A stretch of DNA of 63,475 nucleotides, the filler included, from Octopus bimaculoides (Eukaryota): assembly GCF_001194135.2 (NCBI RefSeq). It is 4 parts of 4 records of this genome, joined end to end, with 100 filler letters (N's around TTAATTAATTAA, not from the genome) between each part and the next. Parts side by side here need not be neighbours in the genome. Positions count along the whole stretch, not along the records: positions 1 to 19,316 come from NC_069000.1; positions 19,417 to 30,024 come from NC_068984.1; 2 more parts are not named here. One strand, written 5' to 3'. Position 1 is the stretch's first letter; each line of letters begins with the position of its first letter. The position numbers were made by a program, and so were the translations under genes. Below are positions 11,861 to 25,168 of this stretch, piece by piece. The notes under the pieces are model-generated. The model was not told where the DNA came from. It saw nothing but the letters and a program-made list of their open reading frames with translations, and did no database searches.

Positions 11861-13418
11861 CCCCGCTAGTTTGCGCAAATTTTTGTTTTCATATTCGTTT
11901 TCTACAAATGTTTTTACACTTGTACAGTTTTTTTTGTTCTTGTTTTCGTAACCGGGGCTTAAACTGTATATTGAACCAAATTTCTACAATTAAAAATATT
12001 TGATATCGTCTTAAAAACCCTATATGCGCACATTTTCTTCTTTTGTGCGCGCGCACTAGCGCACTGCTTAGGGAGAACATTTTTCGTCAAGAAAAAGGTG
12101 TAAAGGTTACATCTTATATCATGCTATACTCACATTCTATAGAGAAAAACAAACAAAACAACCTCATACGACGCCCTATAATCTTAAAACAAGGACGAAG
12201 TAGGAAAACATTTATCATGGGTCAGCTCCTAGGGTACCATTAATGGAGCCCACTCTATTGCAAGCATTAAGGCAAAGTCTCCGGTTTCCCGTCCACCAGT
12301 CTCCGAAGCCCTGCAACGGGTTAAGTCACTGCCCTGAAAAAGAAATGGAGATCTGATGTGCAGCGGTTTCGTTTCGCTGACGCCCGAATTGCTGTTTGCC
12401 GCCTTCGACAACTTCCTTTGCTAAACAATAACACAATGTCCTGCGTACTTTTAAGTACGGGATGTTTTTCTTTTGTTTTAAATCTCGTTAATTGGTCGCA
12501 TTTTTGGTGGAATTATTTCAACTCGGGATTTATATCAACTATAAATGCTCTTACTGTTTTGTTAAAATTAAAATATAACAACTAAAATATACTTGAGATT
12601 CCTAACTAATTAAATGCGTCAGTGTCGCACTTTTCTAGTTTGTTTCCCATATGTTGAAAAAAGAATATCGCTTGTTATTTCGTTACCTGGAAGGGGGAAA
12701 TGTACTAAAGCTGAGGTTTATATATATAATCCTATTCCTTTAGAATATATTACTTTTTCATTTACCAAACATACGTTTTATTTTTAAAACATTTTCATAT
12801 ATAAAACATTCGAACGACAAAAGGAAAACAAAAAAAAAACTTGAAAACACTGTAAACTTTTAAGTTGCTAAAACATATTTTAGCCAATATAAAAGCGAAA
12901 TAATTTAAAGTTCCAGATTTTATATAAACTTCTTGTGTTGTGGATGTTGTTTCTTACACAAAGTTCGTTGTGTTAAACGTGGGAGATAAAAGTATTAAAG
13001 AAACTTAACAGAACACGAACTTTTTAAAGTGATAATTGCTTTTAACCTGCACTAAAACAATGCAGTTATAACATAAATATATATAAACTAGACAAGTCTA
13101 GTATTTACATTCAGTCGATTATGTTAAGATATCTATAGATAAATAGATAGGCATTGCAATAACGGAAAGCATTCTCTCACGCTATTTTCTTATCTGTCCG
13201 CTTTACTTATCGTGTGATCAAGTTCTAGTATCTCATTCCACCACTATATAAGGTGATCGGTGACTTTTAGCTACGCCCTGCCTTTAATCCTTAACGTTTG
13301 CTATGATTTTTATTTACATGTGCGTATATATCTATACATTATGCACACATTTACATATATATGTATATAAGGAAGCACCCATCTATCCATCTATCTATCA
13401 ACTAACCTACCTACCTAC

Positions 13419-13455
<37 letters not shown>

Positions 13456-14225
13456 TACGTACGTACATACATACAATTTTTTTTTATTATAGTATGTATT
13501 TTATCTGAAAAAAGGTTTACTTCAAATTATAATTAAAAATGGTATTCGTAGAAGAAAATTTGTGGTGATATATATAAATGAATTTTTTTAAATATAGATA
13601 TCTGTAATTTCTTTTCTAATTATTATTCTCTTTAATTGATTCTTTTCTTATTTTAAACGAATCTCGGCACAGTTATGGAATTACTGTCGCTATTTTATAG
13701 GGGAAGAAAAAGGCGAGGAATTCGGTGGGTTCTTTTTCCTTTGTTTTTTTTTTTTCTTTCAGTTTTCTTGTATTTAATGCAGTGGGAAATTCAGTTCTCA
13801 AAATAATTATACTGAATCAATGAATGAACGAGTAAGATCACATTGTGGCGCCAAAATTAACTTAACTTTGCCATATATTGTTGCCACCTTTTATTTTTAA
13901 TTGCATTTCATCGTGTTTTCATGATTCTAAATGTGTACACCTTGAAATTTTATAAACTGTTCTATTATAGTCAATATTTCTAAGTGCAAATAATAGGAAC
14001 ACAAAATATCGGAATCTCGCCAAGAGATAAACGAGAATAATACGCTGACGAATACACGTTAAAAGTTTATAAAGTCATATCTAAATCGAACACTTCGCTT
14101 TGCATTTGTTCTCATAAACTTCAGGTACTTTTAAAGTGCGTTATTTATACACATGATAAAAGAATTCTCATGAATTTTGCCATAAACCATTTCCGAAAGG
14201 AAGTCAAGATGGCTATAACGCTGGA

Positions 14226-14589
14226 TGACGTCATGGGGTATAATTAGCAGCATTAAATGATAGCAGGCACGTGCGCTGGGGTTCTGTGAAACTTTTCTGA
14301 CCCTACCTACCCGAACAGCTTGTCAACTTCTTATCAAACCGGGAGGTACTTTTATAACTGATGTTTATAGTCACAGGCCAACCCGGGTAGCGGTAGACGT
14401 GATTAAAAGCGTTCCATCCATGATCATCCCTTCTTATTTTCAGACAATTCGATTGCATCCTTTTCTCACTCAGATGGTAGGATGGAGTTTGAAGAGAATT
14501 TTGGTTGGTTTTTTTTTCTCGGAGATCGAGCGGCGAATTCGCAGGCTCTCCCATGTTGAGTCACTTTAAAAGGGAATTGTAGACACGTG
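14226..14589. promoter_or_regulatory. Candidate enhancer/promoter with CRE, E-box and AP-1 motifs
   Basis: TGACGTCA 14226-14233, CACGTG 14268-14273 and 14584-14589, TGAGTCA 14557-14563 in non-repetitive CpG-rich DNA; motif presence only. Confidence 0.3.
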
Positions 14590-16599
14590 GGATAGATTTC
14601 TATCGAATGACCTCACTATCCATCCCGTCAACGTCACAATCATATCGGCTACAAATGTTTGGCATATCCACTCTTACCGAGTAGTCTGATAAAACGCTTT
14701 CCCGTCGAGACCGTTCCGTCCTTTTTTCGCGCACAGTATAATGTAAGGCCGCATAAACCGATGCTTCTTTTCTTAAAAGTGTTTTGTGATATAAAATGAC
14801 ACATAGCAGCTATTTCTAGCAGACCGAAAGACCCTCATAAAGTCCTCACTTCGCTATGTCTTGATTAGTTTTATTTGACTTGTAGAACTGCGGAGATTCT
14901 CGAAAAAAGACCCTTGTTTTAAGATCTAATTATTATAATTATTTAAAAAAACCCAAAAAACTCTGACATTGCTGTTAAGGACTTGTAAAATATAAGAGAA
15001 ATTAAATTAACAGAGAACAAAAATACCGGCCGGCAGACTGGCTTGCCGGGAACTAATTTAGTAGTAACTTCAACATCACACATACACACTTTCACACCTA
15101 CACATACACGGCTTTTCACTCAGGATAGCTATACCACCACCACCACTGGCTATCTATTTATTATCTATCTATCATCTTTCTGTTTGTCTATATATATATG
15201 TGTCAATTGAAATTTTGAAGACTCGGTGTTTTGTGTTAGAAAGCAAAAAAAAAAAAGAAATGTAGGACAGATAGAAAGAGCAGACGAAATAAAACCGGGC
15301 GAATGAATGATGTGCAGTGAACCAGTTGTTTCTTTAAATCGGCTAAAGTTTATAGAAGGCGCGCGAACAACCACGTGTCGCGTTAAACACGGAAGGATGT
15401 ATCGAGGGAGGGGGAATAGGAGAAGGAGGAGGGAAAAAAATCAACCTTGATAAATGTTCTCGTGTTGAATAGTAGAAAACATTGTCACCTCGTGGAGGCT
15501 TAAAGTATATGCAACTTTGTTACATTTGCGTCCCGGTTTCAATTATCAAGTGAGACCAACCGAACTTACTGTAATTTTTAAAATATTTATCATAATAAAT
15601 TATGTTATATTATAGTTTTATATATATTATTATAGGTTATATATTAATATATAGATTATATATTATGAAATACAATAATGTAATATGGCGGACAAAGTTT
15701 AACTAAATGGGCAAAATTACGATTTGGTGATTTTGTCCCTGATTTTGTTTCCTCATAACTTTTTGGAAAATATAGTTTGTCTTTTTTTTAATGGAAATTT
15801 GTAGAAGTACAATTTTGAGGATGTAAATTATGATTATATTGCTAACATTAATTTTTCTTGTTTCGTTTTCTACATCATTCTCCCCGCCTCTCATATACGT
15901 CATTCTTTTAGACATTAATTTTCTCAACTGTCTAAAATGCATGTTTTTAAACCACATTTTACAGAAATACGTTTTCTAGTGTGTACATTACGTATTGTTG
16001 GTGTTTCAAATGTAAATCTAGTGGGCGGGGTGGGCAGAATTTTTTTTTTAATCTCAATTTACGAGAAAAAGGAATAACGATATCAGGGGTGAGGTGAAAA
16101 TAATCTCCAACTCTTCTTCCAAATGGGGAATAAAAAAAAAAAATTTAATCGACTTAATCGTAACTATAACGTTTTTCTGCAAAATTTTACTGAAATATGT
16201 GTTTTTTGGGAAAGTTATGAGACAACAAATTCAGGAGAGGCGAGGGACACCAAACTGTAGTTATCTAATGTTCAAACTGCATCGATTGAAAATGAGAGGT
16301 ACAGAAGTAATCGTCAATAATCGGCAAAATCGTCAGCGATCGATAATAAAGGCAATAATCGTAAAATACGCTTGAGTTATATTTGAACTTTTCCTTTTTT
16401 TTTTTCTTTCTTTCTGCCGGCAGACGATAGGAAGGGAAAGACCTGGAAATCAAGCGGACCACTCTTCCTCTCTTATACACACGCATAGTTGTTTTACAGA
16501 CAACACATAATTAATTACACATACAAAGAAGAGTAATTAGTATTTGTCTTTCACTTTTAATTGATACAGTTTGCTTCACTTTGTCCGCCATATTATCCT

Positions 16600-17032
16600 T
16601 TAGCTTTTGTTTCAGTCATTCGACTGTGGCCATGCTGGGGTACCGCCTTGAAATGTTTTAATCCAAAAATTCGATACCAATACCTACGTCTACAGCTTGG
16701 TTCTTATTCTCTGCGTCTCTTTTGCCGAACCTCTAAGTTACAGGGACGTATACAAACCAACACCAGTTGTCAAGCAGCAGCAGTGGTGTGAAGGGGACAA
16801 ACCCAATCACAAAGTCACACACACTCTCACACATACACGCGCCCGCACACATATATATGTGTGTGTGTGTGTGTTAACGACGGGCTTCTTTCAGTTTCCG
16901 TCTACCACATCCACTCACAAGGCTTTGGTCCGTCCGAGGCTATAGCAGAAGACACTTGCCACGCAGTAGGATTGAACCCAGAGCCATGTGGTTGAGAAGC
17001 AAGCTTCCTATCACACAGCCACACCTGCGCCT
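16600..17032 (-). mobile_element. Full-length dimeric tRNA-derived SINE
   Basis: Both halves around a (CA)n/(TG)n linker; tRNA-like head at the right end. Confidence 0.8.
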
Positions 17033-19123
17033 ATAAGGTTTTTTACATGCACACACATAGAAATGGATTGGTTACGGTTGGAACGCCTTCTATCATAAAA
17101 CTATTCCGTCAGGATTGACACATAGGTTAAACAATAACAATGAGAGAGAGAAAGAAAGGGAGAGAGAAAAAGAGAGAGAGAGAGAAAGCCATGCCGTTTA
17201 AAGTTCAATATTTTCTTCTCTTCGCCTCCAACGTAAACAGCAACAACAATACTCACCCATCCTACAAAGGTATANNNNNNNNNNAAAGAAATCGGAAAAA
17301 GAAAATAAAAGAAATGAATAACAAAGAGAATTTCGAAGCAAAAATATCATAAAATTCCAAGAATTTCAAAAGGAAAGCCAGCGCCCGGTCAGCGTTTACA
17401 AATACAGAGCCACGCCTCGCGTTCTTGTCTTGTTTTGTTCCTCCAGTCTTCTCTCTCTTTTTTCTTGGGTGGCGATGGTGATCACGTGACGGTTTTAGAG
17501 GTGGATCCCCGTCGTTCGAAAACGAGGTGTTCAGCTGTCCATCAACTGACTTATTTGTTCTTTGTACGCTGCTAATATTAAGGGCAAGAAAGGTGCCGAG
17601 CTAATAGAACCTCTAGAATAACCGGGCCCACGTGTTTCGTCCATCTTTACGTTCTGAGTTGAAATTCGGCCGAGGTTGACTTTGCACTTTGTTCTCTCGA
17701 GGTTGATGAATTAAATAAGTAGCAAATGAGCCCTGGGGTCGATGTAATCATCTTACTCCCTGCTCCCAAATTGCTGGCCTTGTGCCAAAATTTGAAATTA
17801 ATATTAATGAGAACAGTATTGTAACCAAAGAAGGACTTTGACTTTACGCCTGTGTAAGACATTGTTTGACGAGTTTCATATTTCGCTTCTCACCCAGCTG
17901 AAAAGATTCGTGATGAATAACAGACATCCAGACACAGGATTTGTTTGTATTTATAATGTACGAATGGAGCATCCTGTCGTTGACGGGTAATTTTCAAAAT
18001 AGAATACCCTGGTGAAATTTCAGAATAGCACACCCACATCAGTTGGATGTTCTCTCAAGCTAACTCTCATTCGATTGCTACTCAATGCTTTTCAAATGTT
18101 TTGAAAAAAAAAGCCTGACTACAAGTGACATTAGCTCAGGGCAAACGCCGTCGCAATGTATTTACATTGACATTGATACGTAGATGGCTGTCCTCATCTA
18201 ATATTGCTTGTTGCTTATAACAGATTCGTGTGTGTGTGTGTGTACGCAAAATCATATTACTAATGGTTAATATATTTATTACTTCTGTCAATTATCCATG
18301 TGTTCATTAGAATTTTACCAGTAACAGAATCGCAATGAACAGAACAACGACGAAGCCCTAGTAGCCATTCGTAGGCCAGCACGTGTATAACTGTTGCAGA
18401 TATCATCTGTTGCCTGTCAGTTTAGTTATCCAGCTGACAATGCCCCGGCTACGACATTACACAATAACAGCAGACGTAAATAATTAGTTACAAACAACAA
18501 GTTGTTGAGCAAGATTTACAACATGGCTACTGGCCCAGTCGCCATGTTGCTTGGCATGTTCAGCTCTCGTATTGAGCAGCCCCGACCTAAAACGTGATTC
18601 TTGAAAGAAGGAAACATCAATGTTATAGAAAGAAGGTTACATTTTTTCCAACCACTTCAAGCGTTTCATTAAACGACATCATATACGACACATTATATGG
18701 TGTTAGTGGTGGGTATTAGTTGTCGTTTTTTTTTCCAGTCATAATTAGAGCAACAAAGCATCGTATTGTATATAGACATGAACGCATTATATGTATTAAT
18801 AATAAACACGTTCTCAGCGATGTGGTTATGATTACATATAATAAACATTCATTGTTGTTGTGAATTTAGGACAATATTACGACGCATTGGTCTTGTGGTT
18901 ATGAATGAAAACAAATTTATTGCCCCCAACTACACCGTTAACGTGTCCTCCTTTCATGTTTTTAGACGTTATAGTGTAGTTTAAGAAAGATTTGGCTGTT
19001 ATTTCTAGTAGGTCAATAGACCACGTAAAGGTTTTGTCTTCGTCGTCTTTGCTGGTTTTCATGACAGTTTCGACCGACGATATGGTGGCAGTGAATCGCT
19101 TCGGTTAAAATTATGTAATGCCG

Positions 19124-19205
19124 TACGATCGTTTCACGCAACTACATTTAATTGAACAATGCAGCAATTACATCAATATAAATGCAGAGCAATCCTCAGT
19201 TGCAC
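19124..19205 (-). ncRNA. Degenerate type I hammerhead ribozyme motif
   Basis: CTGAGGA (19199-19193) ... GAAAC-GATC-GTA (19135-19124); stems I and II poorly paired; homologous to 21328-21445. Confidence 0.35.
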
Positions 19206-19444
19206 AAAGACATAGAATTTAATTAAATTAAAAGAGATGGACACATTAGTATAATTTTGCCTAAAATCTCGAAGAAGTTAAAGAGATAGACATATATATA
19301 TATATATATATATATANNNNNNNNNNNNNNNNNNNNNNNNNNNNNNNNNNNNNNNNNNNNTTAATTAATTAANNNNNNNNNNNNNNNNNNNNNNNNNNNN
19401 NNNNNNNNNNNNNNNNTATATATATGCATGTATGTTTGTATATA

Positions 19445-19759
19445 TATGTGGGTTGCACGAAAAATTCAGTTAAATCGAGAATTTATAATCACAGATCTTC
19501 TTTTAGGGACCCTATAAAAGAGAATAGTACAGGTCTCTCTAAAATAATTTGGCACCTCAAAAGAAACAATATTGATTTCTCCATCTCTTGGAAAATTCTA
19601 TCTTCCGCCCCTCATAAGAAATAATAATAAAATTTGTAGGTTGTGTTTGGAAGAAACCTATAACATAATGAATGAATGGAAATTTGATTAATACTAGGGA
19701 TGAAAAAAGTTTACTTATGTAAACACATAACCAAATTCCTATTCATCAATCTCAAATAA
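19445..19759 (+). mobile_element. Penelope-like element GIY-YIG endonuclease C-terminal fragment
   Basis: YVGCTKNSVKSRIYNHRSSF...STGLSKIIWHLKRNNIDFSISWKILSSAP, then after a frameshift KICRLCLEE; typical PLE endonuclease pattern. Confidence 0.85.
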
Positions 19760-21327
19760 TTCATCACTCTCCTCTTGCTGAGATTAGTTTTTAAAAAAAA
19801 TATATCTATATATTACCTTTTTCTATGGCATACAATTACTCATCACATCCCTTTTACATCACTATACCTTACACTATCTTTGTACTTTTTTTATTTTACA
19901 TTTCCTTCTAACAATTGCATAACCCACCATATATAGGGCTATCACTTATCTATCTCTCCCTAGACCTCTTTTTCTCTCCATATGTCTGGATAAAAGAAAT
20001 TATATCTTTCTTAGTATGTAATATACCTATAAATTTTTGCATAATGTTTCCATGTGACCCCCTTCAACATACTCATTCTAACTATTACTGGTTTATGTTC
20101 CGTGTCACTATACCTGATAATTGCATATATTTTACTGCTGATATATGCACACATGTATGCACATATAGTACTTCTTGGTATCCTTCTTGTCTTCAACCGT
20201 GTGTGCATATCTAGGTAAGGATCTTATATGCCATCTGTGTGTGTATATCTATTGTTTTGTGTTTGTTTACTATATGTTGGTACTAACATGTATTTGTAAT
20301 ACGAACGTGTGTCCGCGTATATAAGTATGTTTCGCATACATATATATACTACTTATTATGTGTATGTATTTATATCTATATGTGTGTACCTCTTCTCTCT
20401 TTGCACTGGTATGTGCATATTTTTGCACGATGTTTCTTTTTTATGTATACCCTAATCATACAACAGCTAGAATTCCAATAACTATATATACTATTGTGCA
20501 AATATGCCACTACTCATACCAATAAATAAACAAGCACTTTTCTCCTTATAAGATATTTCTCTTTTTTTTTCTCCGCCATTATGTATAAATTTTTGTACAC
20601 TTATGTGCAACCTCCTACTCGTATTTTTTCTTATCTACATAAGTGACAATACTCTTCCATTACTTGAATATCAATACTACCCTACTACCAATGCATATCC
20701 CTCTCACGTAATACTAAGTTTTTCTTTACCTCATAATAAATTTTTATTTATACTAAAACACAGATACTGTATAACCCTACGCATCAATACATGAATAAAA
20801 TAAACCTTTTTATTTATTTACTATTTTCATTCCCAACTCATCTCCCCTACATTGATTTATTTTTTTTTTCGTATTCCTACATTTATTTCCATATTTCAAC
20901 TACACTTCTTTCATCTTCATAACCACAGCAAGTATTTACTATTTAAATTGTAAAATCAACAACTATTTTTCTGTTTCTACTTATTTTTTTTCACCTTATA
21001 CTTGATATATACTAACTAGCTATCTAGTATCAGCTCTTTATATACTATCTCCTCAAGATTAACTTCCTTCTCATTGGGCATTTCTAACACAATTTTTGCT
21101 CTACGCTACTTATTTGGAATTAAAATTTCTAATCTCTTATTCATCTATAGAGGGAATGTCTCTGATACCTCTTTACTTATATTTTCAAATGACCGTTATA
21201 ATCTTTAGTTATAGTTAATGTCTAACTTGACTCACATCTCTTTCTCATTAAGATAATAATATGAATCTCCTACATTCTATTCTTCTGCTATATCCTTTCT
21301 CAAGTTCATTGTAAATTTTGTTTATAC

Positions 21328-21445
21328 TTCCTGCACTGAAGAGTAAATTGATATATATAATTGAATTAATTTAATCTAATTCAATTCAATCATGAAATTG
21401 CATTATTATTTTAATATCTCTGTACGAAACGATCGTCTGCATGAA
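21328..21445 (+). ncRNA. Type I hammerhead ribozyme motif (PLE pseudo-LTR)
   Basis: Stem I ttcctgca/tgcatgaa (7 of 8 pairs), core CTGAAGA 21336-21342, stem II GTA/TAC around a long insert, GAAA 21426-21429, palindromic stem III ACGATCGT, GTC triplet with predicted cut after 21437. Confidence 0.65.
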
Positions 21446-21699
21446 ATAAAATCCCCTTACATATTTTAACAATATGTCTTCTCCATTTTTATTTAAACTG
21501 GTGAGTTTTATGGGACTTCTTTCCATAAATTCATCACACATCATATACAAGTATTACGTACATATTCGCAAACTTTACACCTGTAAACTTAAACTACCAG
21601 CAAAATATGAAGAATCAACATTAGAAATCTTTTTTGGAAACCTCTAAATTAAAGGACGAATCTACATTCTACCTTTTTACACCTACATTACTACACACA

Positions 21700-21728
21700 C
21701 ACACACACATACACACACACACACACAT

Positions 21729-21794
<66 letters not shown>

Positions 21795-21824
21795 GTGATG
21801 ATAATGATGATGATGATGATGATG

Positions 21825-21892
<68 letters not shown>
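21700..21892. repeat. Compound microsatellite (CA)n-(GAT)n-(AAT)n
   Basis: Seen directly. Confidence 0.95.
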
Positions 21893-22184
21893 TTATTAAG
21901 TAAACAGAAGATGGATTTGGTATTTAATCTTTATTTTGTACAACCATCCTACTACTGTTCCTTATGAGTGGGATTCCGTTCCACATGGTGTGTTGCATCC
22001 ATTTTGCAGTCTAGTTCTCATCAGGTACAGCCGAAAAAGTTGTGTCTCGCTAAAGATCCTGAGTTTAGGCTGACACGTTGTTATAAGCCTGTCTAGTTAG
22101 GGAACGTAACATTGCTACAATTTTCAATTACTATTATCTTTCCTTAATAAGAATTGCAAACATTTGTAAATATAATTGTAAATA

Positions 22185-22233
<49 letters not shown>

Positions 22234-22321
22234 GAGAATATACAAAAAATAACAACAGACGAGGACAGGTGGTGTAAATAACAAAAGTATATATTAGTAT
22301 GACGCTCGGGAATACGGAAAG

Positions 22322-22358
22322 TCTTTGACGTTTCGAGCTACGCTCTTCAACAGAAAGA
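22322..22358 (-). ncRNA. Minimal type I hammerhead-like motif with variant core
   Basis: TCTTT-CTGTTGA-A-GAGC(GTA)GCTC-GAAAC-GTC-AAAGA: 5-bp stem I, 4-bp stem II, palindromic ACGT stem III; core CUGUUGA deviates from CUGANGA. Confidence 0.5.
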
Positions 22359-23183
22359 ATACGGAGACAAGGAGAAAAACACGGAGAAAAAAAATTGAAT
22401 AGTGTTCAGTCAACGGTCATTGTATATATACAGACACAGACATAAAAAAGGAGAAAAAAGAAAAAAAATTGTAGGGGAAGTGAATGGATGGACAGGGATG
22501 GACTGAGTTACATTGGGTTTAAGACAAAGGAATGGTACTAGAAAAAGGAAGGGAAAAATATATATGCAGGCTAAAATAGCTAGTAGTGAAAGGTGGTTTA
22601 GTTAGCTAGCTTAGGTCGGGATGCGTATACAGACATATACCCCCCCCGCTCGTACATACACCCACACAGAGGACGTATCCTACCCGCCCATATGGTCAAT
22701 TTCGGCCGTAGTTCGTATAATTTATAGTTGGAAGACAACCTCACCATAAGCCTGTCATCAGAATTACCTCAAGACTAGGGACGCTCGCAGACAGTCTGAT
22801 TCACTCCACATCTATATCAATGAGGGTGAATCACATACACCTACACCTATATATACACACACACATACATACATACACTCACACATACATATACACATAT
22901 ACATGCACATAACCATATGTATGTATGTATGTATGTATGTATGTGTATATATATATATATAACAATTAGAAAATGGAGGATAATATGCTGAACCCAACTA
23001 CTTGCAGACGGTGTATCCCGTTGAATTCATTAATTTAATTCATAACAAAAGTGACAAAAAAAGAAAGAAAAAGAAAGAAAGAACCAAAGCACAGGTGTCT
23101 ATGGCAGACTATGTTATTTTGCCAACCTGGTTTACATATAGAAGTACAAAGTACATAAGGAATTAGAGGATGAACAGAAGTTT

Positions 23184-23312
23184 AATCTTACAGCTGTTTC
23201 GGCCTAGTTTTAGCAAGCCCCATTCTATCCGAATATTCCTTTCCGGAGTGATTATCGGATGACATTTTGAAATGGGGTTACATGCCCGAACCGCTAGCCC
23301 TCTTCAGAGATT
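23184..23312 (-). ncRNA. Type I hammerhead ribozyme motif
   Basis: AATCT-CTGAAGA-GGGCTAG...CTAGGCC-GAAAC-AGCT-GTA-AGATT: 5-bp stem I, 6 of 7 pairs in stem II, palindromic stem III ACAGCTGT, predicted cut between 23189 and 23188. Confidence 0.75.
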
Positions 23313-24074
23313 CACAAAGGGTTTCATACAAATGTAGAGCAAGAGNNNNNNNNNNNNNNNNNNNNNNNNNNNNNNNNNNNNNNNNNNNNNNNNNNNNNNN
23401 NNNNNNNNNNNNNNNNNNNNNNNNNNNNNNNNNNNNNNNNNNNNNNNNNNNNNNNNNNNNNNNNNNNNNNNNNNNNNNNNNNNNNNNNNNNNNNNNNNNN
23501 NNTAATAATAAAGAATACATAAATGAAAAATGAAGGTATAGCATGTGGGACATGCAAAAATATAAAAAAGATATATGTCAAAAAACCCCTAAAAATACAA
23601 GGCACACAAAGAGCCTACAAACATTATAAATAGGTAGCTATAGACACTCCAATGCACATATATATGCGTGGGTTCGTGTGCTCAGCCTTACTCGGATGTC
23701 CCCTTACTTCCATGTGTGCATATACAAGTTTTTATAAGCAAACATTCCACCACATACGTTGTTTGTAGCATCAGCGCTATTAGCCGTATCTAGAAAGCTG
23801 TAAGTGTTTTTTAGAAAGGAAGTTTTGTTGAGTGTGTGTGTGTCATTTCTATATATATATTGGAAGGTTCTATGTAGAAGTTCATTTTATACAAGTTATT
23901 AATGTTCTAGTAGCAATAACAGTGATGGTGACGATTTTGGTGACAACAACCCCTCTCCCATTGATTGCACCTAGTATAGCACTAGTGTAGCAATAATTGG
24001 GTACCCTCCCAGCAGTATACTGGATAGATACTATCCCTTAGTGGGTTGAACCCCCAACCCCTAACTCTCTCACG

Positions 24075-24137
<63 letters not shown>

Positions 24138-24224
24138 TACATATACGTACACACCTACATACATATATTTTCAAATGCACTCACGCACGCACACACATAT
24201 ACGCAGGTATACGCATATATCTAT

Positions 24225-24435
24225 TCTTTTGTTTCAGTCATTTGACTGCGGCCATGCTGGAGCATCGCCTGTAGTTGAGCAAATCAACCCCAGGACTTAT
24301 TCTTTGTACGGCTAGTACTTATTCTATCGGACCCCTTTGCTAAACCACTAAGTTACGGGGACGTAAACACACCGGCATCGGTTATCAAGCGAGGTGAGTG
24401 TATGTGTGTGTGTGTGTGTGAACTCAGACACACAA

Positions 24436-24512
<77 letters not shown>

Positions 24513-24668
24513 CGACGGGCTTCTTTCAGTTTCCGTCTACCAAATCGCCTCACAAGCCTTTGGTCGGCCCGAGGCTATAACAGAAGACACTTGCCCAAGG
24601 TGCCACGCAGTGGACTGAACCAGGAAGCATGTAAGCAACCTACTTACCACACAGCCACTCCCACACCT
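24225..24668 (-). mobile_element. Full-length dimeric SINE
   Basis: Both halves with (TG)n/(CA)n/(TA)n linker. Confidence 0.85.
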
Positions 24669-25137
24669 ATATGTATATTTATATGTGTGTGTGTGTATAT
24701 TTATATGTGTGTGTGTGTATATTTATATATATATATAAATATATATATACACACACACACACATATATATATATATACACACAGATATGTATATGAACAC
24801 ACACATATATATATACATAATATAACTTAATATTATAATGTGTATTACTTTTGTTGAAATACCTATTCTTCAATTGTATACCTGAAATATGGTCTTTTGC
24901 GACAAAAGCCAACTGTCCGGTTAAATTGAATATATAATCCATATTACCATCAAAATCTGTTCCATTTATTTGATGACATTTATTGGACTCCGTCTTATAA
25001 ATTGAGTCTTCCAATGATTTTTATTTATATATATTCATACGGAAAGTAAAGGAATCCCTGAAATAAAGTATGATAAAAAAAAACCTTGGAAACCTAGGGA
25101 ATAATGCCCTAAACCGAAGAAGTATTTTCATCCGGAA

Positions 25138-25168
<31 letters not shown>

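Noticed and set aside
19361-19372. TTAATTAATTAA islands inside N gaps (also 30069-30080 and 50093-50104)
   Set aside because: The same 12-mer, which has stops in all six frames, sits in the middle of three gaps; this points to a scaffolding or linker artefact, not biology
22700-22765. CTGATGA...GGCC-GAAA on the minus strand
   Set aside because: No stem I or stem III and no valid cleavage triplet
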